Shown piece by piece: positions 40,006-53,500 of a stretch of DNA of 64,000 nucleotides. The first letter of the stretch is position 1. Each line of letters opens with the position of its first letter. Source of the DNA: Felis catus (taxonomy: Eukaryota); the NCBI RefSeq assembly GCF_018350175.1, contig NC_058368.1:27716001-27780000 (forward strand), given 5' to 3'. A model generated the notes under the pieces. That model saw only the letters and a program-made list of their open reading frames with translations. It was not told where the DNA came from and made no database searches. The translations under genes were made by a program, and so were the position numbers.

Positions 40006-40769
40006 GTATGTATATTTATTCATTTAACATTCAGAATGCTTCTCATCTTAGAGAGTAGGATTGATTTACTTTGGTGTATAGTTTTATTTTCTGGTACGAA
40101 TAGACTCACCACATCTTACAGAGTTTTTTCTTTTTTTAACTTTAGCAGCTTTAATTATAGCTTTTAAAATTATTCTATTGTTAATCCTTCTAAATTAGTT
40201 TCTCTATGTTAATAGCAGAACTCATAGCACAATGGCAAATCTCAGATTTCTGTTGGACTTAAACAATTTCACATCTATTGCCAATAAATTATCTAGTTCC
40301 CATGAAATTGGGTTGACTGCAGATATTTTTACAGGACTATGAATACTTGCAGAGCAGATGAGTTATATATGAAACAGATCATGACATAATCTGTCCCCTT
40401 CTTGATCTGTCCTGTCCCATCCCTTCTTAATGGAATTTTTCTTTAACCTCTGTGCTCCCATAATTTTGCAAGTATCAGAGTCTGCCCTCAGCTGTTTTTA
40501 TTTGAGAGCGTCCATTTCCTTGTTCTAGATTACAACCTCTTTGAGGGCAGGGACTACACTTTACTCATTTTTGCCCTCCTTGTACCTAGTGGGTGCAGAG
40601 CCTGTTTGAAGTTGTACCGTAAAATAAATGCTGCCATTTAAATTACAGCATTATAACTTAGAGGTAGATGGAGAACTCAAGTTCAACCAGTTCACAAAGA
40701 AGTTATGAGGCCTGTTCAATTCAAGCTGTGGGGCTAGCGCTGACATTCTGTGCTCTCGTGTATTAGATC

Positions 40770-40819
40770 TTTTTTTTTTTAATTAAAAAAAAATTTTTTA
40801 ATGTTTATTTTTGAGAGAG

Positions 40820-40863
<44 letters not shown>

Positions 40864-41025
40864 TAGTGTAGGGACAGAAAGAGAAGGAGACACAGAATCT
40901 GAAGCAGGATCCAGGCTCTGAGCAGTCAGCACAAGAGGCCAACACGGGGCGCAAACCCACAGGCTGTGAGATGGTGACCTGAGCCGAAGTCAGATGCTTA
41001 ACTGACTGAGCCATCCAGGCGTCCC
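40770..41025 (-). mobile_element. Can-SINE with internal (GT)n (intron 2)
   Basis: TSD tgtattagatctt. Confidence 0.92.
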
Positions 41026-41442
41026 TCTCCTGTATTAGATCTTGATAGGAAATTTAATATTGTGACTAAGAATGGACATACAGGCACAACAGGGAAGCAG
41101 GTGTCTAAATTAGAGACTTGAGTCTCCACCAGACATGTTGCACCCTGGATGGTACACCTGCATCAATGCAGAGTATGACGGTCACAGCTATGCAGAGACT
41201 GTGGGTATTGCCAGCAACTGAACCAGCGACCCAACTGAGTCCCAAAGGTTCTGGCATTTTACGAGCTTGTGATTTAAATACTTTCCAGGAATTTATGCCT
41301 TAGTGTGGTCTGGATTTGGGGTATGTTTCAGAAGTTTCCCGCCCCCCCCCAATTAAAAATACTACATATGGACGTTTGAAACAATGGGGTCTAAGGTGGG
41401 GGAGATCTGGATGCGCACTGAAGAACAGAATTAGCATCTCGG

Positions 41443-41458
41443 GCGCCCCCTGCTGTCA
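41443..41458 (-). promoter_or_regulatory. Candidate CTCF site (TGACAGCAGGGGGCGC) in intron 2
   Basis: Close match to the CTCF core CCAGCAGGGGGCGC with the CpG retained. Motif only. Confidence 0.5.
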
Positions 41459-41999
41459 TGCAGAGTGTGTTATTTGGGCAGTGAGCACTGCTCCACCTAG
41501 AGGAGGCTTTCCTGCCTGGTGGAATGGAGTGCAAGGGGCTGGAGCCCTCACTCCTAGTTGCGGTAAGCTTGGGGGACGTTTGAAACACAGTGCCGTGGGC
41601 ATCAGAATTCTCTGGGGCTTTGTTTACTGTGTGCAAAGAGTTCTTACTGACATACGAATATTCTAGTTTTGTACACACTCTCTATAGAAAATTCAAAAAG
41701 CTAATTGGATCTAGGGTTTTAAAAATGCCAGAATGAGAGGAAAAACAAAACTCCTTTATTTTAGTAAGAGGTCAGGATTTTCCAAATTTGGACTTTCAGT
41801 TCATACTCTTGGAGAGAGAGAGAGAGCGCCTCAGGGGTGGGCGCAGCGTCGCCCCAAAGGGTGCCTTCCTTTCCTGGCTATTTTGTGCACTCATGCTTGC
41901 AGGGAGTTAATTGCCCTCTGGTGCTTGTTTCTTGTGCTATCAACGGAACTGTTTTCACACTCTAATCATCGATGATTTGACATTTCTCACCTGGCTTAG

Positions 42000-42083
42000 T
42001 TGCTGAGAAAGAGCTGGAAAATCTTGAGAAGTGGAGAGAACAACAGCGAGCAAAGCCCGTTACCCTGGCCCCAAGGCGCTTAG
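42000..42083 (+). CDS. EPSTI1: EPSTI1 coding exon 3 (84 bp; (I)AEKELENLEKWREQQRAKPVTLAPRRL)
   Basis: cttag| acceptor and G|gtaagc donor, in frame. Resembles recalled human IAEQELANLEKWKEQNRAKPVHLVPRRL. Confidence 0.94.
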   Translation: MLRKSWKILRSGENNSEQSPLPWPQGA

Positions 42084-42799
42084 GTAAGCCAGTAAACCAG
42101 GTGCCTGGATCGGGGGAGACAGGGCCACCCAGGGATCCTGTTAGCGCCTTGCCTGCATCTGTCTTTGAACGTGCGTTATTGGTTTGGGGGTCATTGTGCT
42201 GCTTGGAATACAATGCATTTAAACTTGAAACTCTTAGGGATGCAGGTATGTTGTTTTGGATCTTCTGCGAGAAGCAAATGTATGATGCCCCAGTTATGTG
42301 GGAATAAAGTGATGGCTTAATTGCTGAATAATTTAGAGTCTCTTAGAGGATCACTTCTGAAGAAAGTACCTGGGACGCTGCATATGCCTTGTCATAGCAC
42401 TCGACAGGACGGGAGTAAAAGCTATCACAAGCATATTAATCCTGGCAGTATTGAATGCTAATGGAGGGGGAAAAAAAACAGACGGAGATTCAATTCTAAA
42501 ACGAAGATGAGAGTGACTGGATACATGGTTCCCACAGATTTCATTAACAACAAATGCATTAGAGTCAGGGGTTACTTACTGTCACGATAGTTTTAGGAAA
42601 GTATTTTTTCCAGGACAAAGGTAAAAATAAGCTAATTCGGAAATGATTTAATGGGTGAATGTAATGGGATTATCACTATCATTCCATTGTATTTCACAAG
42701 CGTCTAGGAGGTAAAAAAGAAAATCCTAGAATACATGAAACTTTGAGATGAGTTTGGAACAAAGCCTTCACATTCTTAGACATCTGACTTTCATTATTT

Positions 42800-43014
42800 C
42801 TTTTTTTAAATGTTTTTATTTATTTTTGAGAGAGAGACAGAGCGAGCACATGCATGAGAGCATGAGTGGGGGAGGGGCAGAGAGGTGGGGGCAGAGAATC
42901 TGAAGCAGGCTTTGTGCTAACAGCAGCAAGCCCCACGTGGGGCTTGAACTCACAAACTGTGAGATCCTGACCTGAGCTGAAGTCTGGATCTCAACTGAGC
43001 CACCTAAGAGCCCC
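42800..43014 (-). mobile_element. Can-SINE (intron 3)
   Basis: Poly-T tail, body and degenerate head. Confidence 0.88.
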
Positions 43015-44098
43015 TTTCTTTATTTGTTTTAACTCTCCACTCCTCCCCTATTCATCTACCCTTTAAAATACTGGAATAGTTCCAGGAGATACTGACAGTG
43101 GCTGTAACATTAGATAATAGCTTCCATATTCCTCACTGTTTCTTTCCCTTTCCCCCGTTCCCCACAACAGAGACCGAAGGGCCACAACCAACTAGGCCTT
43201 ATATATCTTTTGGGACTCAGAATAAATGTCTCCGTGGTGTGTTTATCAGTTCAATTACAAAAACTACAGTGAATGCAAATTGTTTTAATGCATCTTCTGT
43301 GCGAATGAATCTTTCAGAGAACTGACACTTTTAGTGACCAAAGCACCAGAGAATCATTTCAAAGGAATCTTTATAATACACATACCAAGCTTGCATAAAC
43401 ACCAAGAAATCCCTAAACAGCAATTCTTAGATGATTGGCAAGCTGCAAGGATTTCTGTCCCCGAATTATTTTAGGTTTAAGAGAGAATAGGCAAATAATC
43501 TCACTTCCATATTTTTCCCTTGAATGCCTCAAGAAAGAAAACTAAGGGGTATGGATTGACAGTCACTAACTAAAATATTAGTAGTTTTAAAAACCTGGTT
43601 ATAAAGACTATGTAATTTTCCGGTGGCAAGACCCCTGAGGATTTCCGACACTATGCTACTAAAGAATGAGGCAGTAGGGTCAGGAGAAGACAAGACAAGC
43701 AAAGCAAAGCATCATCAGCCTGAGTAGGCTAAGGAACGGCCATCCTCAAGTAGGAGGAATGTTCTAGAGTATTTAAGAACGGCACTATTTAGCATGTACC
43801 TTCAGGTGTAAATTCAGTCTAAGTGAAGACGTGACTACCCACATGACTGAAAACCTTTGTAGGATTCTCCTCTCCTTTTAGGCATATGGTACCATGCTCT
43901 GTCCAGAGCATGTTTCTCTTTTAAGAAATTCCCATTCTCTAATGTCTTGTTAAGAAAACTGTTTATATCCTCATTTCCAGGGGCATGAAAATGTTAAAGA
44001 AACTCCTGGCGTAGACTTATCATGTATTAATTAGTCTCTGATGGCTGACATTTCAGCTTAATATTCATGTTTCACCTTTGTGACTTTTTTCCCTGTAG

Positions 44099-44172
44099 GT
44101 GGAAGCCAATCGGAAGCCGAAGTCAGGCAGAAACAACAACTCCAACTGATGCAATCGAAATACCAACAAAAG
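44099..44172 (+). CDS. EPSTI1: EPSTI1 coding exon 4 (74 bp; (G)GSQSEAEVRQKQQLQLMQSKYQQK)
   Basis: ttttttccctgtag| acceptor and AAG|gtcagg donor, in frame. Nearly identical to recalled human GGSQSETEVRQKQQLQLMQSKYKQK. Confidence 0.95.
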
Positions 44173-44814
44173 GTCAGGATCCGTCTCTTTTAGTTCAGTT
44201 TTGGCAAGGAATTTGAGTACTGGCACTTTCAGTCGCCATGAAATAATACATTTACCAAAAGCATAAAACCTTGAAACCAATTACAAAAGGAAACTCTCAA
44301 AATCAAAGAAGTCAGGAAGTAAGAAATGAAGAGACGACTCTCTAGACTTCTTATCCAAGCCGTACATCAGTCAGCAGGACCCTTCACAAAGGGATTTATT
44401 TTTTATAGTTCAACCCCTGCCACATTTTGAAGGTTTTGCACCAAGAACATGGGTTTGCACAAAAGTAGTACAGAAAAGATTGAAGATGCCAGTGACTTTT
44501 TAAAAATAATGAGGCATATGAGTTTTATAATAAGGAAATATCATCTGCTGTCTCTCCTCCCCAACCTGGGTGGGTGGGGTGGGAGGACAGAGAGACAGAG
44601 ACCAAGGAAGAACCATGAGAGAAATGTCACGGACAGGAGATGCAGCCTGACAATTCTCTGTGATTTTAGTAGTGGGAAATGCCAGCCTATCATCATGGCG
44701 AGGTAGAACACAAACAATACTGTAATTTGTCTCTCATCATAATTTCGTGTTCCAGAGGTTCAGACTGAAAGATAGTAACTGTTTTTTGTCCTCTGTAATT
44801 TCAATACAATTTAG

Positions 44815-44898
44815 CTAAAACGAGAAGAATCTGTAAGAATCAAGAAGCAAGTGGAAGAGGCCAGAATACAACAGATGAAGGCAGTTCAGAGACAGAAG
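44815..44898 (+). CDS. EPSTI1: EPSTI1 coding exon 5 (84 bp; LKREESVRIKKQVEEARIQQMKAVQRQK)
   Basis: tttag| acceptor and AAG|gtaaga donor, phase 0/0. Charged, coiled-coil-like segment matching recalled human LKREESVRIKKEAEEAELQKMKAIQREK. Confidence 0.95.
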
Positions 44899-45150
44899 GT
44901 AAGATAGTGGCAAGGATGGTGAGCTACCACTGACCGAAGGCTCCCTGTGTATGCCAGGCTGTCTTCTGCACACCGCCCATATGCAAATTCGTTCAATTCT
45001 CAAAACAGCCTTACTAGTATAGATTATTCTTATTACTTGCATTTACAAATGAGGAAACCGACACAGAGAGGGTAGGTAACTTGCCCAAGGGCTCACGGCC
45101 AGTAGATAGGAGAAGTAGGATTCAAATACAGGCAGACTGGCCTCAGCACT

Positions 45151-45374
45151 AGGTTTTTGGTTTTTTTGTTTTTCCTGTGTTTGTTTAGTTCTTTTGAGAG
45201 AGAAGGAGAGAGGGAGACAGAGGGAGAGGGAGATGGTGAATCCCAAGCAGGCTCTGTGCTCTCGGTGCAGAGCCCGACGCACAAGCACAGCTCAAACGCA
45301 GGGAACTGTGACATCGTGACTTGAGCCGAAATCACGAGTTACATGCTTAACCGACTGAGACGCCCAGGTGCCCC
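45151..45374 (-). mobile_element. Can-SINE inserted at the end of a MIR (~44940-45150), intron 5
   Basis: SINE body; MIR core tttacaaatgaggaaac.ga..cagagagg...taacttgcccaagg upstream. Confidence 0.85.
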
Positions 45375-46751
45375 TCAGAGCTGGAGTTCTTAGTGACCAC
45401 ACAATCTCACCTCCCAGGCAAGTGATCAAGTAGTGGTTGTGTATTTGACCAGAAGGCAAAGCGGTTAGTAACACCAGCAATTCACGGTGCACTGCCTTTT
45501 CCAGGATGAGTGTTAGATAGGTGAACATGCCTCTCTTACCGGTGCAAGAAAAAGTGTGCATTTGCATTTCAGTATCAGTGACGTGATAAAGCTCACAGTG
45601 ATGTGTTTAGTTTTGATAACTCTTTCTGGAGCTTGGAAAAAAATCTCTCTTAAAACATGCTTTTCTGCTACAGAAGAAGGAAGAATGTAGTGTTGTTCTA
45701 CCCCCACCCTTCTTCCTCCTCCCATTCCCACAAGGTCCTAAGCTGTAGTAGGTTTTAAGTATTGGAGGTATGGGGGCGAGGGGTTGGCTCATGATACTGA
45801 CCACCAAGTATGGCACCTGCTCAAGTATAAGTCATGGAAACACACTTCCTATTCTTGCTGTCCTCCTGCCTGTCTGTCTGTGCAGCTCTTTCTCCCTCCC
45901 TCCTTCCCTCTCGTTTTTTCTTTTCAAGATTGAGGGTTGGTCAAAATTTAAGCCTGGTTACCAAGCAATGGATATTTTTACCAGTCACAGTTAATGAAGC
46001 CGAAAGGTGATGGCCTGTAAAACACATGAGAGTATATGAGCCTTACCTGCTGTTTACCTGGCTGGTGAGCAGACTGTCTTTCTTTATAAGGTGTCTTGTT
46101 GTATGATCTCGGGCAGCTCTCTGCCATGCCTCTACACTAAGCCCCACCTCCTCTTCTTCCCTCACGGCTCCGGGAACATCTGTCAAGTGCAGAGATGTGG
46201 GCTCTAGGGTAGAGATAAGACTGGACTTCTGCATGCGGAACTGTAATGAAATGCTGGAGGTGTAAGACAAAAGAATATAGGAACTTTGCTCGCAAAATTT
46301 GATTTGGCAGTCTGTTTCCAATTGATCAGCTATTACACCTTCACTGAAAAGATGTTTGTGACACTAATTTGTTTTTAATCTTCAAAAACATGATTTCGTC
46401 TTTCTACCTCTCTGTTCCCCATTCTTTTTCATCCAACTGCCCCCTCCCAATTTTTCTTTAAAGGGAAGTTCACACTTTGGTCTTGTGATTGTAGAGGAGA
46501 CGGCCCCTTTACATAGTCCTTCTGCATTTCAGTTGGAACTAAGAAAATCATCAGATCATCACCAGGAATTGAATTAAGAGTCTTGTAGATCCTGAAGAAC
46601 TACTGTGTTGCAACTTCTTATTCTAAAAGCCATTTATTAGTTGTCATTTAATACCCATAATTAGCTGACTTGTGGGTTATTTATAGCTCATTTCTTCATG
46701 GGATCAAATAATGTATACTATTCAGAAATGTTAGTGGCCGAAATGGTCTTC

Positions 46752-47061
46752 ATTTTTTTTTTTAAGCTTGTTTATTTATTTATTTTGAGGGGGGGCGTGG
46801 GGGAGAGAAAGGGGGCAGAGACAGGGAGAGACAGAATCCTAAGCAGGCTCCACACTGTCAGCACAGAGCCCAACGAGAGGCCTGAACTCAGGAGCTGGGA
46901 ATTCATGACCTGAGCTGAGATCAAGAGTTAGATAGATGCTTGGGTGGCTCAGTTGGTTAAGCGTCAGACTTTGGCTCAGGTCATGATGAGTTCAAGCCCA
47001 GCATCAGGCTCTCTGCTGTCAGACTTATGTCCCCAACTCTCGCTCTGCCCCTCCCCTGCTG

Positions 47062-47108
<47 letters not shown>

Positions 47109-47168
47109 ACATAAATAAACTTAAAAAAAGAATCAGAGTCTTACCCAACTGAGCCACCCAAGTGCCCC
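46752..47168. mobile_element. Minus-strand Can-SINE interrupted by a plus-strand Can-SINE (46934-~47127)
   Basis: Outer TSD gaaatggtctt (46740-46750 / 47170-47180). The outer head resumes at ~47138. Confidence 0.88.
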
Positions 47169-48623
47169 TGAAATGGTCTTATTCAACACTGAGTAAAAGC
47201 AGCATTTTCCTCTTTCCAAGTTGTACTATAACACTAGGTGTATAACAGTCACTAACTACAGAAATCTTAATTGGATTTGCTTTTCTACTGTGATAATTGT
47301 AATGATTATTGGTATAATTTTGTCCAAAAGTGAGAGATGGGGAGAGAAAGTTGATATGTTGATCCTTCCCATTCAAAAGATGTTCCTTGAACCAGCCCCA
47401 TGGGCATCACTTGTTAGAAATGCAGAATCTTGAGATCCCCAAACCTTTGAACCAGAACCTGCATTTTAATAAGCTTCCCAGTTTATTCTTGTGCATATAA
47501 AATCGAGGAGCAGTAATGTAATCTACATAACAAGATAAGGAGCAGCCTCCCCTGGTCCTTCTACGGACCTGATTTCTTTGGTTAATTGCCCTGCGCTGCC
47601 ACCGTGACCTAGCTGTTCTTATTGTACATAAATCTGTGGCTTTTCGTAGTAAATGTGAGCCTATTTAGTAGCATGTGTCAGATAAAAGAAAAAGGGACAT
47701 TAGCCATCTAGAAATGGCATACTTCACGTTGCCAGTGTGAAAATGGCCAAGGGAAGCAATAATGGCTGTGCTTATGGAGCATTTATTCTTTAAAATGCAC
47801 GGCAAACACACATATGGACACCGGCCTGCAAAATACCGCCCTCCTCCCCAGGCGAATGGCTACTGTCCAGGAACTCCGAGTCAAGTAGAAGCTGAGCAGC
47901 CTGTTGCCACCCGAGAACCCCTAGCTTGGCCTCTTGTCTTAACCCTGTTGCCCTTCAGTTTTCCCCTCTCCCAAGAGGGGTCACCTCCCCCCCAACCCTG
48001 GGCCTCTAATTGCTTACTACCTGTGTGCGAGTGAGGGTCAAGTAGACTATTCTCTGCTAGCACATGGGGGTGTTCTTTGATCTTTAATAAGCAGAAGGTT
48101 GTGAAAGGCAGCCAGCCCTTTAGTATCCGGTCTTGTCAATGGGTTCAGGAAGAGTTAGCCGTATAGGTGAGGGGGAAATTTGGAAAGGGCACTAGGATAC
48201 GTTAGTCAAACTTTTATTCCCGGTCCTAGACTAGGTTGATGTTATGTATTCTTCCCCTGGTGTACGAGAGCCTCCTGAAATCCACCTGTGAGAGTGGATT
48301 GTTACGTTTTCAGGATTTTTGTAAACTAGTTGACTTCACTGTGGTAGCTTGAAACCCTCCCTGTTGGGAGTCTTTTCACCACGGAAATCAGTAAACGCTG
48401 CAAATCAACCTCCCCCTCCTCCTCTTTGCTAGAGGAGGTTGCTGAGTTTATCAGTATACCCCTGCTTGGCCCTAAGCGAGAGAGGGCCTCGCCTCGCTCA
48501 CCTCCCCCCACCACACACATTCCAAAGCCAAGTGCCTGGGGGCTAAGGAGGGCAACAGTTTCGTGAAGTATCTGGCATATTATATGTCTGATACTTACTG
48601 ACTTAAAACTAGATTATAGCCCA

Positions 48624-49105
48624 TGTGGTAGGCAGAGTAATGACCCCTCCCCTGCCCCTCCGTTCTAATCCCTGGAACCTAGGACTATGTTACGTTACGT
48701 GGCAAAGTGGAGGGATTACATTTGCAGGTGGAATTAAGGTTGCTAATCAACTTACCTTCAGGTGGAGCTCTGCACTCTCCAGGTGGGTCCAGTGTAATCA
48801 CAAGGGTCCTTAACTTGGACGAGGGGGGCAGGAGATTGAGAACGTGAAGAGATGTTAGCAGGGGGAGATTTGGCCTGCTGCTGCTGGCTTTGAGATAGAG
48901 GGAAGGGACCACGAGCCAAGGAATGTAGATGGCCTCAAGAACCTAGAAGAGGCAAGGACAGAGATTCTCCCCTGGAGCCTCCAGAAGGAAAGCAGTCCCG
49001 CTGACGCCTTGATTTTAACCCAGTGAGACCACCTTGGACTTCTGACCTCCAGAGCTGTAAGATTATTAGTAAACTCGTGTTTTTTGAAGCCACTAAGTTT
49101 TGGCA
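48624..49105 (+). mobile_element. MLT1D/E-like MaLR LTR
   Basis: tgtggtaggcaga.taatg start, gaattaaggttgctaatca, and ggacttctgacctccaga.ctgtaagat...aagccactaagttt. Confidence 0.85.
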
Positions 49106-50494
49106 AATGCGGCTTCATAATGATGTATTCATTTCTCTTTCTGGAATTCCATGAAACAGAGAGAATACCTGGAAAATCAGAACGTCAGAGTGAAAGGAAG
49201 TCGTTACATAAAAGCAGTGTACGAGTACTTTGTACATACGACTGCACATACAGGGGTACGGGTACTTTCTTTGCCACTGGATCCTGCAACATAAGTAGAC
49301 AGATTTTCATAATCCTCCCAGAAAGCCTTTTACCTACAATTCTGCACTGTGGGAGCAGACCTCCACTGCGGTTTCCCCCCATAATCCTATTGATGAATTA
49401 GGTAATACTTCGATTCCTCCTCCAACCCCTTCCACTCCCCCCTTTCATAATACCCACAAACTTGCAAAATGAAAACCTTCCGGTTCCGTGTTAAAGAACC
49501 TCCCTACCTCCCAGATGACTCTGATTCTGCCTTTGTTCTACTTCTGTTTGAAATAATATTACACAGTGGCATCTAGTTTGTAAATACTTTCACTTAATAC
49601 ACAGAGCCTCCTGGGGTATCATCACGTCAGAAAGGGCAGAAGCCAGCCCGAGATCTGAGTGGCACCTGATGACTCTCCTTGTTTTTTTCCGCTAAACCAA
49701 AAGTCATAAAGCTGATCGTTATTTGGAGCACCGGGAGTCACTGGGTTTTATGCCGGCCCTGAGAAGCCTTGTTAGTTAATTTTCATGCTGTAAACTGAAG
49801 TGGGAACCAACGAATAGAAAATAAGTAGATGCAGAGATGCATACTTATACATATTTTTAAGGAATCACATGTCACTATTTCTAGCAAGCGTGTAATAGCA
49901 AGGGCTAACAGTTTAAGACAGATTGCAGGGTAAAGCCACACTGAGGAACCACTTTCAATATTGTCTTTATAAATTAGGAAAAATGTCCATTTCTGACATC
50001 TCAAGGAACACTGGTATTTCCCAGAAATATGGTTCCTATGTTTTGCGTTTCATGGTGGATGAATTAGTGTGGGCAGTTAGCGCCTATTGTTAAAATCTAG
50101 TAGGATCCCCTTAATCCCCTAACGTTGGGATGTCTGTCTTTGAAATATAGAGGTAGTACTAAGAAGGTAAGCTGTTAGCTTCTCTATGCCTCACTTCCCT
50201 TATCTGCAAAATGGGTACAGTAATAATACAATGGACCAGAAGGCTTAGAGGATACAGTATGTGCAAAGCCCTTAGTACAACGCCTAGTACGTAGTAATCA
50301 CCGACTAGGGGTTCCCTAACCTAATTCATTGTAAAGGAAAAGAAGTGCTTTAACACTATCTCGTTTGACTCTGTTGTATCAAGCTGTTTTGTGGAAGGCC
50401 AAGAATTATTCTTGTGTTACATATGAATTGGTTCCATTTTTTCATTTTTACTAAACCTACACGAACGAGGTTGCTGGCGAGAAACAAACACACA

Positions 50495-50545
<51 letters not shown>

Positions 50546-53500
50546 GTAATTTTGCCCCACCAGATTTGTGGGCTTCCCGCTCAGCTGGCTCTCTAACAAT
50601 ACCTACTCTGCATTCCTGGCCCACCCCTGAGTACCAAGATCTTCCTCTCCTCATGTTCTTCTTACTGTCTTCTTTCATTTTCAGCTCACGATCTCCCCTC
50701 TCACTTGCTAGGCAAAAAAGTCCATCAGGCATAAGCACCTTTATCTTCCTGTTTCCTTTACTCTTCCTTCGCTGTTTTTACTCCTGTCCCATCTCAGGAG
50801 AAATAAGAAAGCGTTTTCTTCATTGCTACCATAGATGCTTCCACCTGTGTTTGTTTTCTCCTCTTTCATCTCCTCAGGAACCTTGCTGCCCGATCGGTTA
50901 AGCCTCCTTCTGTCCTGTTTTGTCCCTGTCCCACCCCCACTCCCTCAGTCTCTTCGTGTAAAATCCTGCTCAGATCTCTTCTTTTAAAAACAAAGGATCT
51001 CTCCCTGTTCTGGCTTCCTTTCAACTCCTCTGTGCCACACATCATCGTGGTTCAGCTGCTTGAAGGCCTTTCTACCACATTTGGTTCCCAAGTGCCAGTC
51101 TGTGGACTGACTTCTAGCAATCACCTGAACCAAAGAATCTCTTGTTTAAAAAAAAAATGTCCCTTAGGTGATGCTGAGCGCAGCTGGCCTAGGAACCTGC
51201 TGTCTTTGTGTTCTCCCCTCTAATTGTTCCTTCGTGGACTGAGTTTGACTTCTGTCTCTAGTACTCCACAGTACTGATCTAGCTAAGAACACCAGAGGTG
51301 CTCTTAATTGAAAAAACCACCACCACCACCAACAGTGGAGACTCTTTAATTCCTGCCTTACTTAAACTCTTCGTAATATCATAGCTGTTAAATACTCTGT
51401 CCTTCGAATTCCACCCCTCTGGATTTCCAGATCCGTTTCCCTCATGTTTTTCTGCTACTGATGTTCTATCCAGGTGCCACCTGTGGGGTCGTCTCTCATC
51501 CCTGTGCCTGTGCCACCATAGTCTTAGGTGAAAGTCCTCACATTTAAGGATTAGTTATTGCTTGTGCTGGTGATTTTTGAAATCCGTATCTCTAGCCCAT
51601 ATTCCTGAGTCCCAGAACCATGTATTATACCGTATGCTCGATAGTTCTTTCCAGATGTTCCCCAAGTAGAGCTCAAATCCAGTAAGTTCAAAATGAAACT
51701 TCTGTTCATTCTGATGCTCTTAATGGCCACCCTGTACCATCCCCCCTTGCCTCGTCCATTCTCTATGGATGTAGTCCTCCTCCTCTTATTTTCCCCCTGT
51801 CCTATTATATCTGGCCCCTGAATGTTTCTGGAATTTGCCCGTCCTTCTCTGTCCCTGTTGCCGTAATTTGGGACTCCTAATTTATGGGCCGATTACCGTG
51901 AGAACCGCTCCATTGGTTTTTATGTTTGTGGTGCTTTCTGCAGCTCACTGTCTACACTGCTTCCAGAGTGAGCTGCTTACTGTCCTGCTTAAAATAACAT
52001 AATGGCTCATCATTGCCTTTACTGAAGCCCAAACTCCTTCACTTGGCATATAAATTCTTTTGTAACTACCCCTTCCCTTTTCCTCAACCTTCTCGTCCAC
52101 CGTGTCACTACGAACACCTTTTAATTTACCCATGAGCTGCTCCAGGCTTCCTTAAATTGGCTAATTCTCTCATGCCTTTGTGTATTGAAAAAATTGTAAG
52201 TTATGGGAATATCCCTTCCCTCTCCAGGGCCACCACTAGCCCATCATTGCCTTTGTGCAAATTACAAGCAGATTCTTCATCCAGGTGGTCAGTTCTGTGG
52301 GTGCTCAGGTTGGTGATTGATAGTACTTTTGTGGAACATAGAAAAAGATACTTGTGCTGCGCTGAAGCACCCTGTGCTGGGATCTAGGGTTTGGTGAGCT
52401 GAATGCCAGCCCTCCTTTAGCCTCCTCAATCCCTTTGCCGGCCCCATGGGTAGTGAGCAACCTGTACAATGGAGTTAAGTTAAGCCCTGTTCCCATCACC
52501 TCTTCCTCCTCCTGGAAAACTTGCTTAGATTTGTCTAGAATTTCTACCTCTCGTTAGACCATGGTTCGTATCCTTTAATTTGGTCATTAACCCCTTGGTG
52601 AATCTGAACAAAGCTATGGATGAGCCCACTCTCTGTAGAAATGAGCATACTCTTAACAGAGTTCATCATGAACCCAGGGGTTAGAAACTACATTCTGAAT
52701 GTCACTCAACTTGGCTCCTGTGCCCAGGGTGGGGTCTGCCACTTAGTAGACGCTGAATGAATGTTCATGGAACTGTTGAAAGAGTACCTACTTCCGTGCT
52801 TTTTCTCTGTTCATATTATTTGCAAACCTCTAATCCCCCAACGTATTTTACAGACTGTCATCATTGGTTCCTTGTCTGTGTTCCCAGCTAGCCTCTGAAA
52901 TTTTCCAGAGGAGGCACTACTCTGCTCATATGTATTCTCAGCATCTAACATAGGACCAAGCATATAATAGGCATTCGATAAATGTTTGAGCAAATGAGAT
53001 TTGGTAATATTAAATGATTTGTTTAAGGTCACTCGGTGAGGATGGGTCTAGAGCTGGTTACAAATTTTTTTCTTTTAGACCCCATGCTTCTAGACATTTT
53101 ATACTTGTGTATATATGTATAAGTATGGTTGGATGACTTCTTACCTCTGTGCAAAATGAAAAGACCTAAACAGTGTGACTAAACTTAAGGATTTGGATTA
53201 TTATACTAAAACAGCTCCTACGTTGTTAGGTATTGACTATAATTTTTTTTTGCAGATACTCTGGTATTTTGCAGTACTTCTCCATCAACCTCTGAGAGAT
53301 AAACAGACCTTTGTTGGACAGAATTTAGCTACTGAATAACTCATGAGTTAAAAGTTATCAGTTATTCATGAGTTGAATTCAATGCTAATCTATTAGTGAC
53401 AAGATTAAAACTGGGTTTCCATTTTGTGACCTTGCTAAAGGAGCCCCGGTCTCCAGATCCTTGTGTGGTTTTCTTGCCATTTTTGAAGTAGCATTTCTAA

